This document shows, piece by piece, positions 12,885 to 25,501 of a stretch of 64,000 nt of DNA. The DNA is from Octopus sinensis (taxonomy: Eukaryota), in NCBI RefSeq assembly GCF_006345805.1, contig NC_042997.1:42966001-43030000 (forward strand), read 5' to 3'. The position numbers and the translations under genes are program-made. A model generated the notes under the pieces. That model saw only the letters and a list, made by a program, of their open reading frames with translations. It was not told the origin of the DNA and did no database searches. Every line of letters starts with the position of its first letter. Position 1 is the stretch's first letter.

Positions 12885-13294
12885 ACTCTCTTTACTCTTT
12901 TACTCTTTTACTTGTTTCAGTCATTTGACTGCGGCCATGCTGGAGCACCGCCTTTAATCGAGCAACTCGACCCCGGGACTTTATTCTTTTGTAAGCCCAG
13001 TACTTATTCTATCGGTCTCTTTTGCCGAACCGCTAAGTAACGGGGACGTAAGCACACCAGCATCGGTTGTCAAGCAATGCTAGGGGGACAAACACACACA
13101 CACACATACACATATATAAATACATATACACGACGGCCTTCTTTCAGTTTCCGTCTACCAAATCCACTCAGAAGGCATTGGTCGGCCTGGGGCTAAAGCA
13201 GAAGACACATGCCCAAGATGCCACGCAGTGGGACTGAACCCGGAACCATGTGGCTGGTTAGCTAGCTACTTACCACACAGCCACTCCTGCGCCT
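12885..13294 (-). mobile_element. SINE family S2, full length
   Basis: Reverse complement of 10480-10873. Confidence 0.9.
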
Positions 13295-13599
13295 ATACTA
13301 TTTCACTTACGTCACAGATAGCACGAAAAGTTGCGTCAATCCTGATGAAGAGCCGTGAATTCAGCAATTTATATAATGTAGTCATTTTAGCGTTATGTCT
13401 GTTTTCAGGATACTTCATTTCCAACGGTTGACTTTATATATGTGTGTGTGTGTGTGTGTGTAGTGGCTTCATGCAAGCATAGCGTGGATTCGATCCTCAA
13501 TCGCCAAACTTCACCTAACAGTACAACGGACTTTTCCCATAGAGAAACATTAAGTTGACGGCAGTTACATTTGCCAGATGCCTTCGCTAAGCAGAATAA

Positions 13600-15155
13600 T
13601 GTATTTGCCACTTGAACCCTGCTAACCTTTTGTATGCGGTGGAGAGTTAAAATGACAGAACAATAGACCTCTCCAAATACCTATTGATTGGATAACATGT
13701 CTCTCTTTCTTGCGATCTGGCGATAATTATATATACAGAAGATTCCCAAGCAAAAGTTAGTTACTGAGGGACGTAGGAGCATGGATCATGTAGAGACCGA
13801 AAATGAGTGTATGGCAGAGGGAGTGCAGAAATGCACTCACTCTGTTCTCCTGAGCGAGCAATACCGGCAGCGGGGTTACCACTACAGATTTCTATAGCGG
13901 GTTGGTAGAGCATACGTGGAGGCGCAATGGCCCAGTGGCTAGGGCAGCGGACTCGCGGTCATAGGATCGTGGTTTCGATTCCCAGACCGGGCGGTGTGAG
14001 TGTTTATTGAGCGAAAACACCTAAAGCTCCACGAGGCTCCGGCAGGGATGGTGGTGATCCCTGCTGTACTCTTTCACCACAACTTCCTCTCACTCTTACT
14101 TCCTGTTTCTGTTGTACCTGTATTTCAAAGGGCCGGCCTTGTCACTCTCTGTGTCACGCTGAATATCCCCGAGAACTACGTTAAGGGTACACATGTCTGT
14201 GGAGTGCTCAGCCACTTACACGTTAATTTCACGAGCAGGCTGTTCTGGTGATTCGGATCAACCGGAACCCTCGTCATCGTAACCGACGGAGTGCTTCCAG
14301 GTATAGCATATGTCCGACGACGTCCTGGGGGAGACTCTAGGCTTCGATGAGGAACAGCTTGTCAACCTGTTCGGAAGAAAATTCGGGCCGAGGTATCTGG
14401 ACAACTTTCAGAAATCGCTGGCCTGGTTGTGCTACCGATCGGCCTTGCCAGTTCGAGAGAGTTGTCAAGGCATGATACCAGTAACCCGCCCACGTGCCCG
14501 AGGTGCGGGCGTGTCAGTGAAACTGTCACGCACGCCTTCGTACATTGTAAGGGATTAAGGGAACTGATAAGCTGTGTCGAACAACTGGTGTCAGATGCGG
14601 AAAGAGTACAGTTATCGACTGAGTCTATCATTAAGATTGTGCCGCCTCCCTCCTTTAACAAGGAAAAGGAGGTGTCATTTTTCTGTGTAGTGGCCATACT
14701 GAAAGAAACAGTATGGATGACGCGTGGAAGAGGAATTGAGGCAGGTAACTTCATATTCGGACGTGGGTTGGTTAGTCTTTTTACCTTCCACCTATCTAAA
14801 AAGATTAGCCTGGAGATGAGGTGCTTGCTTCGAAGTCCGTTTGTGAAAAGATGGAGGGATGTTGTAAGGAAGTTGAGAGCGAATGGGGCCGTGCTGGTGT
14901 AGCCGGTCTAATCAGAAAGGAAGAGTAATAAGCAGAAAAAGGAAAAAAGAAAAAGAAAAAGGAACAAATAAAAACACCGGCGGGTCGAACACGAACCCGA
15001 AAATATAATCACAGGAATTTTTATACTATTTTCGATTTCATTTTTCCGATTTCATATTCCGATTTCCATTAAGCCATAACTCCCAAACCTAAATGTTTTG
15101 TATTGTCTTGTATTGTCCCCTCTCTGTATGTCATTCATTGACAAATAAAGAAATT
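13600..15155 (+). mobile_element. Tx1/L1-like LINE 3' fragment, interrupted by a SINE
   Basis: C-terminal CPRCGRVSETVTHAFVHC zinc-finger-like motif; homologous to 43170-44341 and 46100-47491; ends AATAAAGAAAT. Confidence 0.8.
13916..14299 (+). mobile_element. SINE family S1 inserted in Tx1-like LINE
   Basis: TSD GGTA(G/T)AGCATA. Confidence 0.93.
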
Positions 15156-15585
15156 AGTTGGTGAGAGCGACCATCGGTGAGTGTGAACGGACGACTAGTC
15201 ATGGCCACAAGCAGGCAACCACTCGAGACCAAACGACCAAAGGGAAAAAAGAAAGTTACGATCAGCGACTACGTGAGACACAACTTCACTCGACTCTCTC
15301 ACTTTCACTAACTTACTTTCTTTTCTCTGTAACCATATCTCGCTATATATACTACAATGAGATCGTGTACATACATACCGGCCGAAATTAACTCTTTTTA
15401 CCTCGCATGCTTTTCCATTTACTAGTTATACATACCAACATGGTTTTGGATATATACAAAGTAACGGTAAATAAATATCTCCTTACAACTTCAATTACTG
15501 TTCTTCTTCCATCTTGCACACTAGCAACCAACACCTTAACAACAATCGTTATGTGTGTGTGTGTGTATATCTATCTATCTGTATG

Positions 15586-15688
<103 letters not shown>

Positions 15689-16018
15689 TATATATCGTTC
15701 AAATGTGCAGAAAACAAAAGACAAAGACAGGTGAAGGAATTCCAAACAGAGACTCAGGAAGAATAAAAATGTATTTGACGTTTCGAGCCTACGTTCATCG
15801 ACAGAAAGGGATGAGAGGGGTAAAAATTGGAAAGAGGGAAAAAGGAAACGGAGAGAAAAAAGAAAGGTGTTGGGATTAACAAACCGTAGGCCTGAAACGT
15901 TAAAAACTTTTCCATTCTTCCCGAGCGTCAAATTAATTACACCTGCCTGTTGTTCTCTCATATGTCTTTGTCTTTTGTTTTCTGTACGTTGGAACTATAT
16001 ATTACATACACTCACTGG

Positions 16019-16298
16019 CACTAGCGTAGCTAGGAGTGGGGGGCGGTCCACCCCTGACGGCACTTTTGAGTCTGCTGTAGGAAATATGTGTTTTTGCGGG
16101 GTCCATGAGGGGGCAGGGGCAGTCCGCCCCGGGTGGCTCTTTTGTGTCTGTTGTAGGAAATATGTGTTTTTGCGGGGTCCATGAGGGGGCAGGGGCAGTC
16201 CGCCCCGGGTGGCTCTTTTGGGTCTGCTGTAGGTAATATGTATTCTTTGTGGGGTCTGGGGCGGCAAACGGAAGGGCCGCACTCTAGCTACGCTAGTG
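16019..16298 (+). mobile_element. hAT-like MITE family M3 with internal about 70-bp tandem units
   Basis: Perfect 15-bp TIR CACTAGCGTAGCTAG; degenerate TSD CTCACTGG / CTCACGAA. Confidence 0.8.
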
Positions 16299-16791
16299 CT
16301 CACGAAGTCACCCCAGTTTGGTCCTACCTGACTGTACTTCCGCCTCTCTTGGGCCCTCATATCCCCTAGTTTCCTCTCGAACTTTCGGAACCTTTCCTCA
16401 ACCACTTAACCAGGATGACCATTGAAACTTTGTACTTTTTCGGACTCTACTACCATGGAACTTACTGTGCACTTTCGTTATATATATATATATATATACT
16501 AGCAGAAATATCCGGCATTGCTTGGGATTAAAATGGTATAGTTTTTATTGCTTTACTTCTTTCAGTCATGTAACTGCGGCCAATCTGGAGCACCGCCATT
16601 AGTCGAAGAAATCGACCCCAGGATTTAATATTTGTAAGCCTAGTATTTATTCTATCGGTTTGTTTTGCCAAACGGCTAAGTTACGGGGATGTATACACAG
16701 CAACATCGGTTGTCAAGCGATGGTGGGAATACACATACACACATGTTATACAAATATTACATACACACACACACACACTCACACACCACAC

Positions 16792-16847
<56 letters not shown>

Positions 16848-17282
16848 ATATATGAATACGGACTAGAGAAACAGCCGACAACTGATGAAGGGTCGGTCTT
16901 TATGTTGTTTGTTTTGTTTTCCATTGTATCTTTCGTTGTTCGAAAGAATGGTCCATGTTCCAATGTACCATGTACTCGTGCTTTGTACTCTTTGTTGTAC
17001 ACGTTTCGTGATGTCCTGTGTTCACATATGCATATATATATATATATATATATATACGTATAGATGTAAGTATGTACTATACGTATGTATATATACATAT
17101 ATATTATATATTATTATAATATATATATATATATAATATATATATATAATATATATATATATATAATAATTGATATAGGATAAAAAATTTTTCGGGAAAA
17201 ATTTTGTTTTTATCAATGGCCAGCATATCAAAAAAATGCCTTATAGGTAAAATTTATACATAATTTACAAGATAAGGGCAGA

Positions 17283-17336
<54 letters not shown>

Positions 17337-18378
17337 ATATATATTAAATACATATATATAGAGATATTCATGCATATATACATATAAAAACAATTTTTAT
17401 TCTAACCCACAGGTTAGACTGATATGCCTATGTAAGTCCGATATAGGAAGACTCAGGAAACTTATACTAGATAAATATATCGATAAACTTGATACGTTAA
17501 ATAACCTTAAACTCTGAGTTGTACCCCAGATACGTTAAATTGGTTCAAAAATATCAAAGATAGAAATAGGTGCAAGTTTATCCAAATAGATATAGAAAAT
17601 TATTATTCATCTATTAACAAGATTATTCTCGATAAGGCCATTATATATGTCATGAAAAAGTTAAGATGACATATGATGAAGTTAAAGTAGTGCTAACAGC
17701 GAGAAAATCCCTAATTAGATATGAAAATAAACTATGAGCTACGAAAGACATTAGGGATTGCTTTGATATACCCATGGGTGCCCCAGACTCTGCCCAAGTA
17801 ACAGATCTAGTAGGAATATACCTATTATCTGAACTTGAGTTAGAACACTTTAACACAGAGGGAGGTCTATATAGGGACGACCTACTCCTTATAACTAGAA
17901 ACTTCACCAATAGATCATTAGAAAACATAAAGAAAAAAATTACACAAATTCTTTAAGAATTGTGGTTTAGATATCGCTATAGAGAAAGAACATTCAGCGG
18001 TTAACTACCTAGATGCAAACCTAAACTTAGTAACTAATAAAACCCACCCATTCCATAAGTTAAACAAGAACGTTAAGTACATTAATACTCTTAGCAACCA
18101 TCCTAGCTCAGTTAAAAAAGCATTAATAGACAATACAGGTAAAAGAATTTCTAGGTTATCCTCAGATATTGATAGATTCAATAAACATGCCTCTTACTAT
18201 AATTGTGCATTAAAAGAAGCCGGCTATAATTAAAAATTTTATTTCTTTAATAATTACGGGCCCAATAATAATACTATAACTCATCCTAACTCTCAACCAA
18301 ACTATATAAGTAATAGCAATGTTAATAATAACAAACAATATAAGGAAATAAATAAAGATAATTATAATATACGTCTAA

Positions 18379-18384
18379 ATAATG

Positions 18385-18468
<84 letters not shown>

Positions 18469-18490
18469 TATCATTATTATTATTATTATA
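18379..18490. repeat. (AAT)n immediately followed by (ATT)n, forming a palindromic microsatellite
   Basis: Seen directly, inside the Penelope linker. Confidence 0.95.
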
Positions 18491-19213
18491 GTAAGGATAA
18501 TACTAAAAATGATAAAAATGATAAGCATACATATTATATACCCACGAAGAATACACTGACAACGATGAAAAATAATAATTACAATAATAGTAATAATAAT
18601 AATAATAATAACAATAAAAATAAACATAATAAGGAAATTATATGGCTAATTATCCCTTATGGGGCGCAAATTAAAACTAATATTATTAAAGAAATTTTGA
18701 ACATAATAAAAACATCACTTAAAAAGAGCAATACGTACTCGAAAATATTCTCCAATAAAACTATCAGAGTGGGCTATTTTACAACAAGGAATGTAAGTAG
18801 TATTATATCCTCAATGTACAATTTCAAATTAAGCAAATTTTATAATAATAATTTAACTAATATTAGCCATAGCTACAGCAGAACTATCACAAACAATAAG
18901 CATAACCGTATTTTAAATAAATGCACATATAAAGACAAATCCAAATTTAGGCTTAATAATAATTGCAATCTAGGTAACGTAATTTATAAATGTATAGTAA
19001 CCTCTAATAATAATAAGAAGAATATTAATAATAAAGAATATATTGGATCCATAGCGAACGAAATTAAAAGAAGAATTTTCCAGCATTATCAGTCTTTCAA
19101 AAATCCCAAATTAAAAAATTCTACAGGTCTAAGTAAATACATATGGGAATTAAAAATCTAATAAAATAGAATACACCATTAATTGGTTTATAATTTATAG
19201 AGCGAACTCATAT

Positions 19214-19603
19214 TTTGGGAAGCGCTCCGTCGGTTACGACGATGAGGGTTCCGGTTGATCCGAATCAACGGAACAGCCTGCTCGTGAAATTAACGTGTAA
19301 GTGGCTGAGCACTCCACAGACACGTGCACCCTTAACGTAGTTCTCGGGGATATTCAGCGTGACACAGAGAGTGACAAGGCCGGCCCTTTGAAATACAGGT
19401 ACAACAGAAACAGGAAGTAGGAGTGAGAGAAAGTTGTGGTGAAAGAGTACAGCAGGGATCACCACCATCCCCTGCCGGAGCATCGTGGAGCTTTTAGGTG
19501 TTCTCACTCAATAAACACTCACAACGCCCGGTCTGGGAATCGAAACCGCGATCCTATGACCGCGAGTCCGCTGCCCTAACCACTGGGCCATTGCGCCTCC
19601 ACC
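19214..19603 (-). mobile_element. SINE family S1 inserted in Penelope C-terminus
   Basis: 13-bp TSD AGCGAACTCATAT. Confidence 0.93.
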
Positions 19604-20012
19604 AGCGAACTCATATAACACAGGTAACAAAATGTGCTTATTATGTATAACAGAGTTTGTGAAAATACCCCAGTCGGGAGAGTTTTAATTAAACACTAAT
19701 GAAGAGAGAGGTTTTAATTGCCGACATAGACATAGCTTTACGTATAATAAAATGAAAAGTATATAAAATACACCACCACCAGCATATCATCTCCACACTT
19801 ATGATGAATATCGTTACTAGAAGATTTAATTGTATTTATAGTAGTATTATATACGTATATACTAAGAACTAAGTATTAAAAAATATTACCTTTAAATGGA
19901 TAGGCAGGCCGGGTACACCAGCAAGTACATGAAATCAGATCGCCATGTTGATTCGTTAGTTACTGCACGCATTTTTTTCTCTCCTTCTTTCTGTGTTTGT
20001 TTTCTCTGTGTA

Positions 20013-20050
20013 TCTTTCTGTTGAAGAGCGTAGGCTCGAAACGTTAAAGA
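20013..20050 (+). ncRNA. Minimal type I hammerhead-ribozyme-like motif with variant core
   Basis: TCTTT-CTGTTGA-A-GAGC(GTAG)GCTC-GAAAC-GTT-AAAGA: stems I and II pair, ACGT palindrome at stem III; homologs at 15771-15808 (minus), 29873-29909 (plus), 63482-63519 (minus). Confidence 0.55.
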
Positions 20051-20148
20051 CTTGTTTTATTTATATTTCCTGAGCGCCATACTAATACAATTGTTTGTTT
20101 GTTTTCCACCTGCCTTCGTCTTTTGTCTATTTTCATAAGGCTTCCCGT

Positions 20149-20149
<1 letters not shown>

Positions 20150-20217
<68 letters not shown>

Positions 20218-20395
20218 CATCTATATACATATTTATACATATAGATCTATACATATAGATAAAATATACATATAAATACATATAAATCTATACATAGATA
20301 CATCTATAAATATACATATATATATACATATACATCTGTATATATACATATATATATACATACATACACACACACCCACACATACACACGTATAT

Positions 20396-20439
<44 letters not shown>

Positions 20440-20448
20440 TATATGTAG

Positions 20449-20490
<42 letters not shown>
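20150..20490. repeat. Long (TA)n/(CA)n microsatellite; similar tracts at 15565-15695, 17030-17365, 33641-33765
   Basis: Seen directly. Confidence 0.95.
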
Positions 20491-20491
<1 letters not shown>

Positions 20492-20492
<1 letters not shown>

Positions 20493-21430
20493 TAGCAGAG
20501 ATACCCGGCGTTGCCCGGTTACATTCAATTGAAGAATTAGACTTTTCTGTTATATATATATATGGACACACACACACACACGCACACACACACACACACG
20601 CACACACACACATATGTATATTAATATAAGTACATGAAAGTACATGAAGTTTGTTAAAAAAAAGGGGATCGTGTATATGCCTCCTGGCTGTTGAGATTAT
20701 AACACCTCGTTGTAAACAATGTTCCTTGTTTTTCCTTGTGGAGCATATACAAAAAGGTTTCTTTTGGTTCCTACTCTTGAGCAGCCAACATACAGTTGCC
20801 TATGTGAGAAGCAGGGCTATTCCAAGAGAAGACCAGCTACAGAGAGGGTTTTACCCTGAGATTTGTTAATGGACATGGCAAAGCTGACACGAAGGGGAAT
20901 TGCAGTCTTCTGAATGTAAATGGAATTTCTGCTCCTGATGGTGTAAGAGGAATTCTTGGAATAAAGACGTCACCTTTTACACATCCCGAAAGAATGATCG
21001 CCTCGATAACGTGTGACATTTTCTTTATCACCAGTCGTGTTCCATTGCAAAGTCTTGGTGGTTCCAGATTGCGGAGTAGCATTACAGGAGTTCCAACTTT
21101 AAGTGCTAATATGTTTAGAGATAGTCCAGGAGGCTCCAGTGAATTGAGAAATTCAGGAGGATAGTTCACAACTCATTTATATCTGGAATTGTATCAACAG
21201 ACTTGTAAGTGTGTATAGTACCGGGAAGAGAATGCATTAGCTGTTGATAAATTTTGTTAACAGCGACGTTTTTTGGAGCTAATATTGTTCTTTCACACAG
21301 CCAGTTGTGATTTTGGTAGTTTTGTGTGAAGTTGGGAAAGACTTTGAGGTCATCTACAAAATTAACAACAGAGGAAAATGACCACAATTCCATTTATCCT
21401 GCATCATCGAGAGGCATCTTGCCTTCACTG
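20492..21430 (-). mobile_element. Helitron 3' portion: PIF1-like helicase C-terminus plus hairpin-CTAG end
   Basis: [60 protein letters not shown]; terminus CCGGGCAACGCCGGG...CTAG followed by T; frameshifts and stops. Confidence 0.9.
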
Positions 21431-22402
21431 GGCGACATTGGGGCGACTGTACACAGCTACCAGCCCACAGTCGACGCTATGGCGACCAGAGCTCGCTCTG
21501 GGCGACATTGGGGCGTCTGTACACAGCTACCAGCCCACATGGGTTGGGAGGAAAGAATTTCCATTATATATTGAGAACTATTGCGCAAAGGCAGCATAAA
21601 AAACAACCCTTCCTCAATTGTTGGCAGATTTACCTACTCCGCATTGCGAGCAGTGCAACAAGATGCGTCTTCGTCAAAGCAATTGCTCCCCCAAAGCAAA
21701 TTAAATAAAATTTGAGATACGTGGAACGTCAAAGCTGCTAACAAATACAGGACAGTGAAAATATTCGGTAAGGAATGTTTAACCCTAACGAGATGAAGTG
21801 GTGAACGCTGGAGAAAAAAAGCTTTGTCAAGAGACAGACAAGAATGCGTGTTATAGTTATAAACTGAACTAAAAGAAAAAGAATTACATTTAGAAATAGA
21901 GATCTATAATTATTAAGGACAGAATTTCAGTTAGAAATAGAAAACTATAAACATTGTATTGTGCATAAAGTGGTGGCTTACATTCGGGGCTTCCAATTTC
22001 TCTGTAAAATATAAGGTAGTCACAAAATCATCGCACATGTCACCATCGATTACAAACACCGGTGGAAGATAAAAGTTCCAGAGGACATTCTTGTTCTTTC
22101 GTTTGTACAAGGATCGTATTATGTTTCGGCTTAAAATAAATTATAGATACAAATATAATGTATAGAAATATATAAAAACCAGAATAGAAAATAAACGTCT
22201 TAGGCATATAAAATGAGATAACATGAGATATCAAGCTGTTATAAACTTGAAACCTACTAGAATATCACAGATTATATATATCAAGTCATCCAATCAGTTC
22301 TGTCCAATTTTACCTATTTTTTTATAGATTTGAATGAAATTTAATAGTATTTTCAAATTTGTGTACGTTTAAACTAATTCAATATTGTTTTACAAAATAA
22401 TA

Positions 22403-24055
22403 GAGGGTGTCCACAAAGTCTGCGTACATGAGGATTAACACATACTTTTAAAACAAACCAATTTTATTTATTGTTGCATTTAGGAATGGTCATTTTGTCA
22501 GTTTAGCCAGTAAAAACACACGCACTATATATTTGATGTTACTTTGCTTCAGTGTTATTTATTTTTTACATTAATCTTAATCTTATTTAAGCCAGAACTC
22601 TGGCCTAAAGAAGATTAAGATTAATGTAAAAAATAAATAACACTGAAGCAAAGTAACATCAAATATATAGTGCGTGTGTTTTTATTAGCTAAACTGGCAA
22701 AATGACCATTCCTAAATACAACAATATCTGTTTCAACACACAACTTCACATAAAAAAATCTTGCACAACAAATATATAAACGTACAATTTTATTTAATTA
22801 TAATGTTAATAAATAATATTTTCAAAGTGATTTCCGTCATTTTTCAATGCATAACTTGATGCGCCTTGCAAAATTCAGGTGAACTTGATTAAATAAGTCT
22901 ACATTGCCATCAATTTCAGTACACTGACTGGTAATGCATTCTCTCGTGTGTTTTAAATCTGTAATCTTTATTGTAATCTTTCTGTTTCAACATATCCCAG
23001 AAAAAGAAATCAAGGGGAGAAAGGTCTGGTGAACGAGCGGACCTTTCCATATGAGCCCTTCTTCCAATGCAGTGAGGAAAAGTGTCATTAAGCCAATCTC
23101 TAACAATTGTGACAAAATGGGTAGGGGCCCCATCCTGCTGAAACCAATTCGGAAGGCCCTCGCCTAGGCGCTCAATTTGAGATATTAATTTGTCTCTCAA
23201 TATGTTTACATAAGTCTCATCCGTTACATGTTCAATGAAGAAGGGTCCTAGAACATGAGCTTTCCACAAACCACACCACACAATCACCTTTTTGCTGCCT
23301 TGCTGTTTGGATGGATCCATCCAATGTGGATTACCTCGAAACCAGTATAGAAGATTCTGTCTGTTGACCTCACCATTTACATAAAACGTAGCTTTGTCAC
23401 TGAACAACAAAGTTTTTCGTAAAATTGATATTGTCATCCAATTTATCAGAAAACCATTCGCACGTCTACATTCGTCTATCAGGGTCGTCTTCATTTAAGT
23501 GATGCAATATCTGTAGGTTGTATCGATGAAACTTTTCCTCAACCAGCATTTTGTGGATGGTTGGTTTTGGAACACCTAACACCGTAGATGTCCGATGAAG
23601 TGATTTCTTTGGGCTAGCAGAAACTTTAGCCATGACAGTCTCTTTCGTTTCATCTGAAGTCTTTGGTCACCCGGAACGGGGTTTATCCAAAACACTGCCT
23701 GTTTCTTTAAAATTCTTGATCAATTTCCCGACGGCCGTAAAGAAAATAGGTTGCCTATAAGGGCGTCGAAGATAAAATTCTTCCGCAATTTTGCGATAAG
23801 ACCATCCCTCTCGTCCACTTAATAATACTAACTCGATTCTTTCTTCTTTAGACAGGTCCATCATTCGATCTAGGATTCTTTCTTCTTTAGATACAGCCAT
23901 CATTCGATCATCTGTAGAAAAAATAACAAATAAATTTAGAAAAGTAAAGTATTTTTTTTACTTAATTTAAACAAAAGTAAAAAAGGAAATTATTATTTCT
24001 TATATTTGTTTATGTTATGATTTTATTCCATGTACCCAGACTTCGTGGACACCTT
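22403..24055 (-). mobile_element. rosa/Visitor-like (DD41D family) Tc1/mariner element, decayed
   Basis: About 28-bp TIRs GAGGGTGTCCACAAAGTCTG / CAGACTTCGTGGACACCTT; TA duplication; FSDKATF, FQQDGAPTH, RSPDLSPLDFFFW; 40 residues between second and third D in this copy. Confidence 0.85.
22469..22726. repeat. 258-bp near-perfect palindrome
   Basis: About 116-bp arms with about 4 mismatches and a quasi-palindromic centre. Confidence 0.95.
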
Positions 24056-25501
24056 TAAATTGCTTTGATTAAAACCCTTTCAACATGGAAGTATCCAAGG
24101 AGCATTTAAGGCACATATAATTCTTTATGAGTACAATAAAGGTAACTTTGCAGCCGAAGTGACTCGAAACATACACTCAGTTTATGGGAAAGTGCTTGAA
24201 TGAAAGAACTTGCAGGAGATCGTTTGCAAAATTGAAGATGAAGATCGAATAGGATGTCCAGTTGAGTTTGATGATAAGCTCCTTGAGGCATTACTTGAAG
24301 AAAATCCGTCATTATCAGTTGAAGAATTGGCAATAAAGCTTACTTCAAACCATACAACAGTTCATCATCTTCAACAACGTAGACAGATTCCTAAACTTGG
24401 AAAATAGGTGCCTCATGTATTGTCCGAAAGCAACCGCAAATCCCGAGTTGACATCTGCTCTTCTCTCCATTCTCGCAAACTCATTTCACCCCTTTTCGAT
24501 AGACTTGTGACGAAAAATGGATTTTCTATCGAAATGTTAAACGTCGTAAACAGTGGCTTGGTAAAAGGGAAAATGCTCAACCACAACCGAGAAGGGAACT
24601 TCATGGGAAAAAAGTTCTACTCTATCTGGTGCGATTGCAAAGGCGTAATTCACTTTATATTGTTACCACCTAATGCAACAATCAATGTTCAAGTCTACTG
24701 TCAGCAATTAGAGCGTTTGAACCAAGCTTTGAAGGAAAAAAGAGCCGCTTTAATGAGTCGAAAACGAGTGATGTTTCATCAGGACAATGCGCAACCCCAC
24801 ACTGCCAGGATCACATCACAGAAGATCGAAGAGGTCGGTTTGGAAAAATTTCTTCATCCAACTTATTCTCCCGACCTTACTCCTCCAGGATACTATTTGT
24901 TTCATAGTTTACCGAATCATTTGGGGGACACAACTTTCGCAAGCCAGGAGGAGGTCGAACCTGACATTTCAGAGTTCTTCGCTTTGAAACCAAAAGAGTT
25001 TTATATTGATGGGATTAAAAGTCTTGTAAATAGATGGAAGTAAGTCGTAGATAATCAGGGAAAGTACATTGATGATTAACTTTCAATTAAATATAACATT
25101 TGATCACTTGGATTCTTTATCCAAAATTCGGACAGAACTTATGGGATGACCTGAGATATTTAAGACCGACTATAAAAGTTCTGTTTATTACAAAATATTC
25201 CGTAACACCATACAAATTATTTATATCTTTTACACCTTATGCAAAATTTATTTCTCTTTCGATTGATGCAAACAATTTTTATACGACTTGAAGAATTCTA
25301 ATGCTAAATTAATATATATTTCTTTACTGCCCACAAGGGGCGAAACATAGAGGGGACAAACAAGGACAGACAAACAGATTAAGTCGATTACATCGACCCC
25401 AGTGCGTAACTGGTACTTAATTTATCGACCCCGAAAGGATGAAAGGCAAAGTCGACCTCGGCGGAATTTGAACTCAGAACGTAATATAAACGTTTCAAAT
25501 T

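Larger units (their letters stand above)
17405..19770 (+). mobile_element. Decayed Penelope-like element (RT plus GIY-YIG endonuclease)
   Basis: FIQIDIENYYSSI, PMGAPDSAQVTDLVG, GLYRDD RT motifs; NVIYKC...EYIGS...KRRIFQH GIY-YIG; C-terminal CLLC...CRH after a SINE insertion; stops and frameshifts. Confidence 0.9.
22281..25156 (+). mobile_element. mariner (DD34D) element, decayed, interrupted by a nested DD41D-like element
   Basis: TIRs TCAAGTCATCCAATCAGTTCTGTCC / GGACAGAACTTATGGGATGACCTGA; transposase remnants VPHVL, MFHQDNA.PH, YSPDL at 24087-25078; third catalytic D is G. Confidence 0.88.
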
